Source: Eledone cirrhosa
Lineage: Eukaryota
Length of the DNA stretch: 64,000 nucleotides
NCBI GenBank assembly: GCA_964016885.1
Contig: OZ024740.1
Span: 320,540,001 to 320,604,000, forward strand
Reading direction: 5' to 3'
The notes under the pieces are model-generated. The model did no database searches. It saw only the letters and a list, made by a program, of their open reading frames with translations, and was not told the origin of the DNA. Made by a program: the position numbers and the translations under genes. This document shows positions 29,327 through 41,869 of the stretch, piece after piece. Every line of letters starts with the position of its first letter. Within the stretch, counting starts at the first letter, position 1.

Positions 29327-30629
29327 ACCTCAATTCATAATAGTTTTCCTAGATTTCGCTTCATTTGACAGTTCATTTCCAAGTTTAGTTACTCATCGCG
29401 ATTTATCAGTTCTTGGTTACAAAATAGATAAATATTTCCCGTCAGTATAAAGTTGACTTCACTTCGTTTTATCTGTTAATGTCGTACACGATATAAAATC
29501 AAAATAAATATTATATTTCTGTTCTTAAAGTATTAATACTTGTTCAATGCTGGAGATGAGTTGTATTATAGGCATCGCATATTTGAAAGCTATGAGGAAT
29601 GGTATCGAGATGTTTGGGATTTTTTTATGATTGGGAGAATTGCGCGATATTTTACTATAGGCTAATGCAGTCTAGTGTTATTTATCGTAGTTAAAGCGAA
29701 AAAAATCGTCTACGCAATCCAGTTTCTGATAAGGAAACAACATAAAAATACCAGTTAATAAAAAATATTTCAGTTACTATGACCACATAACCAAAAATAC
29801 TAAACATTATTTTTAACATACAATATTTTGAGTAGATATAATGTTGCTACTGTTCGCCAGTAACACTAAATATTTCTCCACAATTTGTTTGTTATGAAGT
29901 TTTAAATACTAACATTTTAGAATTTCAATGAAGTTTATCTTTACAATGTTCGGCTACTGTGCCATCACCCTTTGGCGTGACTTTTTAAAAGCCCCACTAA
30001 ACTATTTTTATTGTGCCTTTTATTTTATTGTTTTCAGATTTTTTAATGATTTAAAACAGAATCTTCAAATTTTTTTATTCATTTTTTCTTTACAGCAGAA
30101 ACAGATTAGAGTATACAATTGCCTCAGAGTATATATACACCAGGATGGGATTTACAGTTGCCGCCCTTACACACACACGCGCGCACGCACACGCACGCAC
30201 GCGCACACACACACACACATTGTTTGCATTTGTAATTAGGATTTCATCCTTAATAAATTATAATTGAAACAACAGTTTAAATTTTTGAGAAAGTAAAACA
30301 ACTAATGAAAACAAAATATTTCTATACACTTCAAATATATTTTATATTGAACAAGAAAGAAAGAACAGCGACTGTAAATATCATAACCCTAATCTGTTTC
30401 TGGTGTATATATTAGTTTTATTTAATGAACATCTATTTATTTAACTAGTGGATCCGTGCCGCCAATAATGACAACAATAGCATTGGACGTATTTAATTTT
30501 TGTAGTTCAGAATCGGTGTGCCATATAACCAGGATTATTGGATATATGAACAATCACGCAAACTGATTAATTTGTGTTCTTATAAATTAATTGTTTACAT
30601 AAAAGGAACCCTATAGTATATTTTGATTC

Positions 30630-30870
30630 CTGACACGTGCAAACATAGATGGGCTGGCCACGTCTCTCGTTTCAGAGACACTAGATGGACGTTTAGAGAA
30701 ACAGGGTGGATACCAAGGTAGAGGAGAAGAACCATAGGGCGGCCAAAGGCCAGATAAGGTGGCGATCTGACCCGGTACCTTGGTACCACATGACCCAATA
30801 TGGCCAGAGATAGGAAGCGATAAAGGTCAACCAGGGAGGAGTTCCTCCAACAGGAGTGAGAAGACCTTAG
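30630..30870 (+). mobile_element. Degraded RTE LINE 3' end
   Basis: Translates RWAGHVSRFRDTRWTFRETGWIPR..RRRTIGRPK. Confidence 0.6.
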
Positions 30871-31153
30871 GTTTTTGATTTTTGATTTTGGGAAGTGATT
30901 AATGATAAAAAATAATGTTTTAATAATTTATTTCTATGATTAGGTATATAAGTGACTTTGGATAAATAACTGTTTACAGGGACAAGTGAAGGGTTAGAAC
31001 GCAGGACCTTATGACTAGAAACTTCTTATTCTAGCAACATGGCTAATATAGAAAATGCATTGTGTGTATGTATGTGTAAATTTTAAAGAGTTACAGACAG
31101 CTCACAAAAAACTGGTGTTGGACAGAACAAAGGAGAGACACAAAATAAGAAAT

Positions 31154-31200
31154 TAGTCACTGAGGAGGTCACATAATGTGTGACGAAAGAGCTTTGACTA
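31154..31200 (+). ncRNA. Minimal type I hammerhead ribozyme motif
   Basis: tagtca-CTGAGGA-g-gtcacat(aat)gtgtgac-GAAA-gagc-TT-tgacta: 6-bp stem I, 7-bp stem II, minimal stem III, NUH triplet CUU. Confidence 0.7.
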
Positions 31201-31324
31201 TAATCAAATAAACAACCACCCGGTTATTAAACTAACCCACTGGAAATTTATAATAAATTGAAGTGAAAACCAACAGGTGCATGTGGTTTTTTTTTTAATT
31301 GGCAGCATGATCCTCCCAAAGTAT

Positions 31325-31392
<68 letters not shown>

Positions 31393-31395
<3 letters not shown>

Positions 31396-32763
31396 GGGTA
31401 AAATTAACGAGATCCATGGACGAGTTCTCTTCAGCGGTCTCTGTCCCTCATTATCGCTGCCATGTCCTGCGTCTCCAAGAGACCACTGTCTATCCTTAGG
31501 GCATCAACATATGTTAACCTCGGTCTTCCTCTTCCAGTGTGTCCATGCAGGGGCTCCCACAGGAGCACTGAGTGCAGTGTCAACTCTGGATGTCGGTGAG
31601 CATCTGCAGCTAACCTCAGTCTCCTCTGTGTCACGTTTGAGCTGACTTTTGGGAGGCTCCCGTACAGCTCTGAGTTCTTCATCCTCAGTGTATACTGATT
31701 AATGTTCAGAGCCATCCTCAGCATTCTCGTGTAGCATCCATCCACCATCTGAGTGAGTTTCTTGGTCAGTGTCCAAGCCTCAGACCCGTACAGCAGCGCA
31801 GACTCCATTACAGCAACGAAGAGGCGGATCTTCAGGTCTTTACGAAGGTCCGACTTCCACACCGATCTCAAGCTGTGGCACGCTGCCCAGGCTTTGCGCT
31901 TCCTCTCGACCACATCATCTTCTGTATTCCCAATCTTTGCTCCCAAATACAAGAAGTCCCCAACCAATTCTAGCGGCTTCCCGCCTACATTAGTAATCTT
32001 CTCTGGCTTCTTAATATTCTCTACCAGATATTTCGTCTTAATCTCATTCATTCTCAACCCCACACCCATCGACACAGTCTCCACCTACTGCATCAAATCC
32101 TCTGCCTCCTTCACTGTGTTCGTCACCGAAACTATGTCGTCGACAAATTCAGCATCCGATATCTGTTTCGCCTTAACTCTCCTGCTCTGAGCCTGTGTTA
32201 CAGTAAAGCCAGAATCCTGGTGTTTCTCCAGCGCAAGGCGCATACAATGGTCCACTACGATGATAAAAAGGTAGGGAGTCAATGTATCTCCCTGGAGCAC
32301 TCCAGCCAGTATCTCAAAGAACTCTGTCATCCCATCAGGTGTAATGACTTGGGCTTTGGTGTTGGTGTAGAGCAGTGATATCAGGTCCACTATCTTCTTG
32401 GGGATTCCATAAGCCTTCATCAGGCAGTGACGGTCCACAGAATCAAAGGCCTTCCTAAAGTCAATGAAAAACATGACCGCAGGAAGGCACTTTACTCTAG
32501 CTCCCTCTAATATCCTCCTCAGCATCAGGATGTGACTGGTGGTTGATCTTCCCTCTCTGAAGCCGTTCTGGTTGTCCCTGAGCTTCTTCTCCATCTCGGG
32601 CTGGATCCTGTTAAGAATCATCCTGTTGAGGGTCTTTGCCACAAGTGACGTCAGTGAGATCCCCCTGTAGTTGTTGGCGTTAGAGAGATATCCCTTCTTT
32701 GGCACTGGGACGATGTTACTGATCCTCCACTGATTCGGGGCAACTCCTTTCTCCAGTGCCTGG
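31393..32763 (-). mobile_element. RTE-clade LINE, 3' (non-inverted) half: RT and C-terminus
   Basis: NYRGISL, QNGFREGRST, FIDFRKAFDSV, GVLQGDTL, LLYGSEAW, GRPRLTY; 3' end abuts (TA)n. Confidence 0.92.
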
Positions 32764-34627
32764 ATATGACATTAAACTACATCCAGTGGCAAGGCTCCAG
32801 TTCTGGAGCTTAGGAGCTGTGGGGAATGTGGAGTTACCCCTTAGCTGTCATAAGTCCCAGGTCTGCTCTGGCCCGGAGTACCTGTTAGGGCCCCATTTAT
32901 GGGTTAAATAATTACCTTATTCGAGTGGCGCCGGTAAGGTATTGTCAGCCATTGAAAAGAACATGGAGAGTGTATTTAACAGCACTAGGGTTAGAGCCTC
33001 TAACAACACTGTCAGAGAGCAGTCTGGTCGTTATGACTCTGCTGGCTTAGAGCCACAGGGAGGGCCAGTGGATGATGGATCAGCTGTCTCTGAAACAAAT
33101 ATAAAGAATGCAGCTTTGTCCTGCAGAAGAGCCATCAAAATGGGCACTCTGAATGTGAGGACTATTCGGACGCTGGCGAAGAGAGAGGAGTTGGGTCATC
33201 TGTTCGAGGAGAGTGGTATGCAGATACTTGCGATCCAAGAACACAGGATCCTACACGATGAGCCCGTGGGGAGTGTGATGATTGGGAAGAGGAGCCAGCT
33301 CATTACCACATCAGCAGTGAAGAACATGACCAATGCTACAGTAGGAGTGGGCGTTGTTTTCAGCGCAAAAACCAATCTATTGGTGAGGGAAATAATACCT
33401 GTCTCCCCGTGAGTGTTGAGGGTGACCTTCAATGGAAACCCAAGACTGACAGTCATCTCAGCCTATAGTCCAATTGAGGGAGACAGTGATGTGAATGCAG
33501 AAGAGTTCCATTAGGTGTGTAGAGCTGTCATCACCACACAAGCTCACAACAACCTACTTGTTCTGGGGGACTTCAATGCACATCTGAGTAAGGAGGGCAG
33601 TGAAGATCCTTGCTGGTATTTCCCTAACAACACCAACCGAAATGGAAGACTACTGAGAGACACCCTGCTGGAGGTGAACTTGATAGCAACCAACCTAAGG
33701 TTTAGGAAGAATCCGGGGAAGATGTGGACCTACATCTCAGATATACACCTGTCCAAGTCCCAGATTGATTTCATTCTGGTGAGGAAAAAGTGGCGGAATA
33801 GTGTTTTGAACACAGAACCATACAACTATTTCAGTACACTGGGCAGTGACCACCGGCTTGTTATGAATGAGGTCCGGGTGAGCTTAAGAAAGAGCAAGGC
33901 TCAGCCCCGGAGAGAAATCTATGACTGGGGAGCTTTCAAGGAAGATGATAAGCTACAGGAGAGGTTCACAGTAGAAGTGAGCAACAGGTTCAGTGCTCTG
34001 TGTGGAGATACAGAGGAGAGAGAGATTGGAGGGACTGAGGAGAATGTGACGAGAAGGTACGGGTACTTCACCAATGCAGTGGCGGAAGCAAATGAGACCC
34101 TGGTGTCGAGGAGAAAGAACAAAAAAAAGCACGTCAGCTCTGCAGACCCAAAAGTGTGTGAAGCCAGAGAACACCTGAAAGCTGCCAAAGACCAATTCTA
34201 TGCAGATCCTACGGAGGAGAGGAAGGAGAATGTGGAGGTGATGAGGGAAGAACTCTGTACTGCTTACACTGAGGCCAGAGAGGAGGCACTGATGGAGAAG
34301 ATCAGAAGTATGGAGAGAGCAGTTGGTAGGTCTGGATGTAGGAGAGCTGGATGATCATCAACGAGATCACAGGAAGGAAGAGAAGGTATTCGAGTCAAAT
34401 CCAGGGAACAGGGCCCGAGGATAGGAAGAGGAAATGGCTGGACCATTTTAGGACCCTACTAGGAGAGCCGTCCTCCACTGCCAAGAACACTGGGGAGATC
34501 AGCGCCCTTCACCAGAGAGGAGCTTCAGAGAGCCAAGAAGAAGATCAATGAGGGCAAAGCTCATGGAGAAGATGGAGTCGCATCAGAGGTGATGAAGAGG
34601 TGTGATTTTGATGATATCATCCTGGAG

Positions 34628-34634
<7 letters not shown>
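32764..34634 (+). mobile_element. Inverted 5' half of the same RTE LINE (5'UTR + APE endonuclease + linker)
   Basis: GTLNVRT, LAIQEHR, LGDFNAH, SQIDFILV and SDHRLV motifs. Ends ..GKAHGEDGVASEVMKRCDFDDIILEFC, which continues as QALEKG.. at the start of the minus-strand half. Confidence 0.9.
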
Positions 34635-34726
<92 letters not shown>

Positions 34727-35994
34727 TTTGATATTAGAAATGGCTTCTACAGGACTAGAACTGTTTCATTCGAAGGAAATCATCAGGGCTTTCTATATTA
34801 AATATCTATACTCTGCTATGTATTGAGTACCTTACTTACTGTGGTTACCCCAGTGTGTGTGTATGTGTGTGTATGTGTGTGTAAAAGGTAAACAGAAATA
34901 ATAACAAAATCGGTACAGTATATGGAAGGGATATATTAGGTTAACGCTTGTTATAGCAGGAAGAGGGTCTTAACGATTCGGACGCTAGTCCTTCATATAT
35001 ATATATTAATTATTTCTACTTTTGGCTCAAGGCCGGCAATTACCTCAGTGTATTACTGGTGCTTTATTTTATCGACCCCATAAGGATGAAAGGCAAAGTT
35101 AACCTCGGCGGGATTTGAATATATATATATGAATGAACGTGAAACATTATTTGCTGGCCTTGTGCCAAAAAGTAGAAAATTATTTTATCTTTGAAGTATA
35201 GAGTTACCTCCCTTTATGATCTGAGTTCAAATCCTGTCGAGGTTAACTTTGCCTTTCATCCTTATGGGGTCGATAAAATAAAGTACCAGTAATACACTGG
35301 AATAATTGCTGGCCTTGTGCTAAAAGTAGAAACAATTATTTTATCTACATTCGTTATATTGACATGTGGTAAAAAGCTATGGACACAGAATCCTCTTTCT
35401 AAAAATATATCTCTTAACTGGAATTTTCGCTTGAGAGTTATTTATTACGATTCATATTTTTATAATTCCTCAACATTGCTGAGAAGGTGCTCACACACAT
35501 ACGTTCTGCTGCACACATTTATACATTTATAATACGTGTAAAGCCCAATTTAAAGAAATAATTTATGGAATATATCATGTAAATACACTTTAATAGAAAA
35601 ATTAAAAAAATAAAATTTTGATTGAGAAGAATTGAATGTAAAATAGGAAAATATAAAGAAAAAAGAGAAAAAGAAAAAAAAAACGGGAAAGGGAGGGAAT
35701 GGCAAGGACTCTAGTTTCATAGATGAATGCGAAGGGGAGGGGGTACGATTGGGCTCTGGGCCTATGGTGCGGTGATAAAGTGGCTGCGCCCCGCAGACAA
35801 GACCGTAAAAGCATTCCCGCGGACAATGGCCAGCGACACCCACTGCAACAACCACCCCCACCTCGCGGGACTCCTTCCTCAGACGGACCGCCGATGTTAC
35901 GATCTTGCTGAGGAGCTCGACTGTATGGGGTCCAAATACGCCCGAAGTCTCGATAACTTAATAGATGACATTTCTAAAATATTTATATAGAGTT

Positions 35995-36315
35995 TCTCTA
36001 TTGTATTCACAATTGCATAAATAATATTATAAAATAAAAAAACGGTAAAGGAAAAAATACACAAGCAGGTAATGCACCCATCTAAGACCACATACAACAA
36101 AGGGCAAGCGAAAGAGCTGGTCAAACGAACCACTGCCAGAACAAAAGATAACGATATCGCAAGGAGCACTGGAAAACCTCTCTAATAATTATTTAGGCAA
36201 GCCAACACGCTCGCAGCGTTACCTCAGGTGATGGTGAGGCTGATGCGCTGTAACAGTCAAGCACCTTCATGAGCATCACCAATTACCTCGGTTAGGAGAG
36301 CCACCACAATGTCAA
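35995..36315 (-). mobile_element. CRE-like element 3' end plus 3'UTR
   Basis: Minus strand reads LTEVIGDAHEGA*LLQRISLTIT*GNAASVLACL. The 3'UTR end aatattatttatgcaattgtgaata recurs at about 41392. Confidence 0.6.
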
Positions 36316-37321
36316 TTTTTAAGTAACTCAAAATCGATAGCATATATTCCTCCACTCGGAATTCATTTCATCTCCAAGCATATAATGCCCTGCAATATTA
36401 CCAATTACTGATATTCCAAAATGTTGTACCCTATCAAGTGAGTTTTAATATTGTATTAAGAGTAAACTAAAATATCAATAAGTAACCATAAAGAAGAAAA
36501 AGTGCGTATTGTTCAATATAGATGTATATAGTTTCCAAATTTGTCGTTTTGTCCCACAGCATTTACCTTCTAATTCAATCTATGTTTTTATATTCTCCTA
36601 GTCTCCCTTCTAGTTACTATAACACCTCATCCTTCAACTGACATTCCTAAAGTATGACAGAAACCAACAATCTCACAAATAGTCAGGTGACGACTTTATA
36701 TATTAGATTCCTCCTACACGAATATCGCCTTCATGGAAAAGGTTAAAAAATAAATATGAAACTTACTATTTGCTATATTTTAACTATTAATAAAGAATTA
36801 TGGCAAATAAATTCAGGCCCTATATATTTATAAGACATTCATTTAATAAAACATAAATATGTTTTTATATACTTAAATTTCTTGTTCTGATCTTTTCGAA
36901 GGAGTGTGGTCATTTAAGCACAAATTTTACACGTTGTTTACAATAGGATGTGTTTCATGCATCTTTTATTCTGCATTACTGCAAAGCAAACATACTGCAT
37001 ACTTTTTTTTTTTTTTTTTTGCATTTGCCTCGTGCTGAAACTAGGCGATGATTGGTGCATGGAGAAGATACAAAAGATTCAAATTTTAGGGAAGGGAAAT
37101 AATTGTAGTTTACCAGAGTAGTTTCCCTTGAGCTGCTAAATATTCACACCGTATGTAGATATGCACATCCAAACTTATACATACACATGGATGCATGCAC
37201 ATACCTGTCTATATAGATACATTTGCTTTTATAAACACATATAAATACATTCACGCACAAACCCAACACCTTGTGCACATACATAGATACATACGCCCAC
37301 AAACATAGCACCACATATACA

Positions 37322-37366
<45 letters not shown>

Positions 37367-37849
37367 AATAGATGCTATGATTTTATGTTTATGTGAATTA
37401 AACAAAGGTGCATAATGGACGCTAAATAACCCGCATAAAGAAAATATTAAATATTTTCCACAAGTTTAATAATTGGAATATCAGTTGGAGATGGGTACTT
37501 CTGATAGGACCCGCTGGAGGGAATGTTTGAAGACTCTGCCCCCAAGACCCTCTCAGGAAGAAGAAGAAGAAGAAGAAGAAGAAGAAGAAGAAGAAGAAGA
37601 AGAAGAAGAAGAAGAAAGACGCTGATAATAGGCCAATGATCGGACATCTCTATATACAAGGAAACAATAAAATACAAACTAAACAAAAAAAAATGTTAAG
37701 ATAAAATTACAAAATATACTAAAGAGGAAATGACCAATAGCACATCGAGAAGTAAGCTAGAGTGAAAGTCAACAATACCTCACAAACTCCAAGATAAAAG
37801 CAAAAAAAAAAAAAATGTCAGGAACTGGTTTGGTGGGAATTAGATTGCT

Positions 37850-39000
37850 AATTCAGAGTCTCCTGCTTGTAGAGCACAAATTCCACAATATATTATTAGA
37901 CAGAGAACTATCTGTTTGGCATTACAAAGTATATAAATCCTCTACTGCAGCGATCACTTGAGCAGATGCAGAACTTCTGTAGGGAGGGTCCTGCTCATGA
38001 CAATTTACGGTGCTGCCGTTGTTCTATCATCTCATGAGGCAAGCATATAGACCTAAAAGTTCAGCATCGGTTCCTTTGCTTTTTAAAGATGACTCGACTC
38101 TATTTATCAAATCAACAAACATTGGGGTTCGCTGGATTGAACATTTTTCTTGATTATTAAACCAATCTGTTTCGGGTGATGCAGTAATTGTCACCATTGG
38201 ACAAAGATCTATCGTCACCTCGATGGATATTGTACTCTCTGTAAATTGGGTCTCTGGGTCTCTTCCCACCAGCATTGCAGAGGGTCGGGGACAATTATAC
38301 CTATGTCTATATATATGATGCTTTATGGGGTCAGGAAAAAATGACATCGGTGGGTCCCAAATCCTCATCCGACCTTTACTGGGAAGCTGGCTGCCGAGCT
38401 GCAGCTCATTTGCCTGCGTCAAAAGGTTGGCGACTGAGGAGCCCCTTCAACCTCGGTTTTAAAATCAGAGTGATCCTTTTTCCTAGACTGCCAACCAAGG
38501 CCATCGAGCACTGTCTTCCCATTCTGTTTTTTATACACTATTGGATGACGGTTGCCTCTCTTGAGTTCATCAGCTCTTTGATAGGTTTTGTTTTTCATCC
38601 CGCAGAGATTTAAAAAACCACACTCCTCACCAAGCAAGCTTAGTGGGATTGTCAGTTTAGTCACCGACAACACGACCACGAGACAGGTTGTGCCAGGTTA
38701 TGCTCTAGTGCGACCTGATATAAATGAGGCAATATGTAAACAGAATCTTGATAAAGCTCCTAATTATGAGGGAGTCCGTGTTGAGTTCTTACGCTTTGGT
38801 GACAGTCGTATCAGAGAATCTCCACGATCTGATTAGTGTAGTCTGGAGAAATGGTATTGTTCTCAAGGATTGGAAAGATGCAGTTACGCTTCCGCTTTAC
38901 AAAGGAAAGAATAAAGTATAGCAACCACAGAGGCATTGTTCCACTATCAGCTGTTAGCAAGGTTCTTCCAAGTCGTCTTCTTCTAGGCCCACTTATTCTT
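37850..39000. mobile_element. Mixed degraded RTE pieces: 5'UTR/APE-like on minus (about 37850-38560) and RT N-terminus on plus (about 38700-38990)
   Basis: DWKDAVTLPLYKGK..NHRGIVPLSAVSKVL on plus; ggccttggttggcagtctagg..cactctgattttaaaacc RTE-5'UTR-like sequence on minus. Confidence 0.5.
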
Positions 39001-39173
39001 GTGTTTATCAACGATATTATATTTGTAATGTTATTTATACAGCTGTGACTAAAAGTTAAAAGGACAAAAAAAAAACGAAAGTGATTTGTAATCCCATAAG
39101 AAATAATAAAAATGGTCCTTTGGCAAGTTACAACGAGGTCGCGTATCTGCCGAGGAACGCTAATAAAGGTAAA

Positions 39174-40160
39174 ATAATAATAATAATGAAATATTGTGTA
39201 CAGTGCTCAGGTGCACTACAACTCATCAAAAAGTGTATGTATAGTACATAGGGTAATGTACAAACATCAGGAAAATGAACAGTGCATGAGTCATGATACA
39301 CATGTGTGCATGTGTATGGAAGGGGTACATCAGGTGTAGTTTTGGCGTATTTCGGGAAGCATGAGTGTTTTAAAGGATGCAGTGTCTCGGCAGCTAACAA
39401 CTGACGCAGGCAGTTTGTTCCATGCTTCAGCCACTCTGAGCGTGAAAAAATGTCTACGAAAGTCATGGGAGCTGTGCTGTTTTCTGATTTTGTAGGCATG
39501 TCCACGTGTGTTAGACACATGGAGATCAAAAAGGTGCTCAGGGTTGCAATTGGCGAGATGGTTAATAACTTTGTGGGTATTTACCAAGTCCATTGCCAGA
39601 CGTCGGAGCTTCAATGAATCCATGCCCAGGGAAGCAAGGCGTTCAGAGTATGGTAGGTGTCTGATGGAGGGTATGCGCTTGGTTGCACGTCTCTGAACAG
39701 TTTCCAGGCGATCAATGTTCTGAGCAAGATAGGGGTTCCAGACTGATGATGCGAATTCTAAGTGTGGTCGTACCATAGCTGTATACAGTTTTAAATAGAT
39801 GGCTGGAGAGCGGCTAACAAAGGTCTTGCTGAGTGATGCCAAGACACCCTCGGCCTTCTTGACAATCTTAGAGACATGCTTTGTCCAACACAAATCGCTG
39901 CTGACAGTAATGCCCAGGTCACGTTCACAAGAGGACTTCTTGATATCAGTGTTGTGGAGGGCGTATGTGGACGCTGCATGGTGGTACACTTGTCCACAGC
40001 CAGCTTCAGTTGCCAGTCTGTGATCCATTGCTGCATTGTGTCCAGGTCTGATTGTAGGAAAGAGTTGTAGATTTCAGGATCAGTCCTTTTGATTTCAAGG
40101 TACAGCTTGATGTCATCTGCATATTTCAGTACCGTGGCATTCTGTAAGTTGGCATCTATG
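39174..40160 (-). mobile_element. CR1-clade LINE 3' fragment with (ATT)n tail
   Basis: KYADD.KLY, ERDLGITV, VRPHLEF..VWNPY, LETVQRRATK, FFTLRVAEAWNKLP. Confidence 0.92.
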
Positions 40161-40384
40161 TCATTATGTGTGCAAATATATAAAACATCAATTTATTTTA
40201 CTCGCACTGCATATTCGATCTTACTTTATCCTGTGATTCTAATGTTAACTACCGAATTTATTTCAAACTTCTGACTGAAATTAGAACAGCTAAATAAAAA
40301 GTTTATCAATAACGTTTCAAGATTTATGTAATTCCATAATTACCAAGATAAGACGAATTTTCTTGTCATTGCTATAATCCGTAT

Positions 40385-40720
40385 GCGGCGAATTGGCAGA
40401 ATCGTTAGAACGTCGGATAGAGTACTTTTCAGTATTCGTTTCTAGTGTGAGTTCAAACCCCGCTGAGGTCAACTTTACCTTTTATTCCAGGTGGATAAAA
40501 AAAAAAGTACCAGTCTATTACCAGGGTCGATTCTTCCTCTATGTATTTTCCTCACTTCCATTATCTCACTCTTTATCCTTCTCTGGAAGAAATCTGTTAT
40601 ATTCAGACCTGTAGAGGGATGGGCTCCGCCAAGTTTCAAAATGCCCAGGAAATGCCATATGTTAATACGGCACCCCACGACTCTCTCAGAAATTACGAGA
40701 CCATCCATCCATCCATAATC
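40385..40720 (+). mobile_element. tRNA-derived SINE of a related subfamily with a different 3' body. Relatives at about 46985-47540(+), 52190-52505(-), 51130-51425(-)
   Basis: TGGCAGAATCG A-box, GAGTTCAAACCC B-box, 3' body ctctggaagaaatctg...ccatccatcc shared among the copies. Confidence 0.72.
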
Positions 40721-40897
40721 ATTTAAGAATTAAACTTTGTATTAGTAAATCCGACTAACAGTGTGACTGTGGTGGTAGAGAACACAGATAATAATGTAGA
40801 AAAAGCAAAGATGAAACATTACGCCATTTTATTCTTCTGACTTCAAAAATAAACAAAAAGAAAGAAAAACCAAAATAGTGAGAAAAAAACTTGCTCA

Positions 40898-41092
40898 AGC
40901 GGCATTTGAATTGGCAGTATTGGTAGAGGGTCGGACGCCATGCTTTGACGCATAGAGTTACGGCCCTTGCCATTCTGAGTTCAAATCCCGCCGAGGTTAA
41001 CTTTGCCTTTCATCCTTACGGGGTCGATAAAATAAAGTACCAGTAATACACTGGGAAATTGCTGGCCTTGTGCCAAAAGTAGAAACAATTAT
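40898..41092 (+). mobile_element. tRNA-derived SINE (young family). Further copies or pieces at about 12193-12362(-), 35012-35120(-), 35219-35340(+), 41460-41650(-), 41657-41752(-), 61165-61350(+)
   Basis: A-box-like TGGCAGTATTGG, B-box GAGTTCAAATCC, body ttgcctttcatccttacggggtcgataaaataaagtaccag, tail ggccttgtgccaaaagtagaaacaatt. Confidence 0.82.
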
Positions 41093-41869
41093 TTGAATAT
41101 AGATCACAAACTAAATGTTGTTTCAGTGTATTAATTATTAATTATGTTTATATTTTATCTTCAGAGGTTGCCATTATCGTAATTATAAGGCTGAAAATTT
41201 ACGGACATTGCTAGATGATGTAACGAATTATTTTAAATAAAGGTGGAATAGGGACGGCAATGTTAGTAAAACCAAAAACACGATCTTTTTTTTTTTCCTG
41301 GAAATGAAAAAGAAGAAAGAATGAATATGAACTTGTGTGTGTGTGTGTATGTGTGTGTTTTTTCTTTTTTCCTTTTCTTTTTTTTATTCGTAATATTATT
41401 TATACAATTGTGAATAAACCAAGAGAATATGCTACATTCAATTCATGTATACTTCGAAATAATTGTTTCTACTTTTGGTACAAGGCCACCATTTACCCAG
41501 TACATTACTGGTTCTTTATTTCATCGACCCCGTAAGGATGAAAGGCAAAGTTAACCTCGACGGCATTTGAACTCAGACCGTAAAGGGACGTAACTATGTT
41601 GGAAAGCATGGCGTCCGACCCTCTACCAATACTGCCAATTCACCGCCAACTTCGAAATAATTGTTTCTACTTTTTTGGCACAAGGCCAGCAAATAACCAG
41701 TACATTACTGGTACTTTATTTTATCGACCCCGTAAGGATGAAAGGCAAAGTGAATGGAGAGTAAAAAACAACTGATAAGTGTCAAATATTTTGATGAAAT
41801 GATATTTGAAATGTAATTGTTCCAGTACAAATGACCTTGTTATTAATCTCTAGGATTTTCTCAAATATT

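Noticed and set aside
30444-30455. ACTAGTGGATCC (SpeI-BamHI, polylinker-like)
   Set aside because: Only 12 nt with no further vector-like sequence on either side; compatible with chance.
40898-41000. tRNA gene
   Set aside because: A/B boxes are present but there is no cloverleaf, and the sequence is multi-copy with a SINE body and tail.
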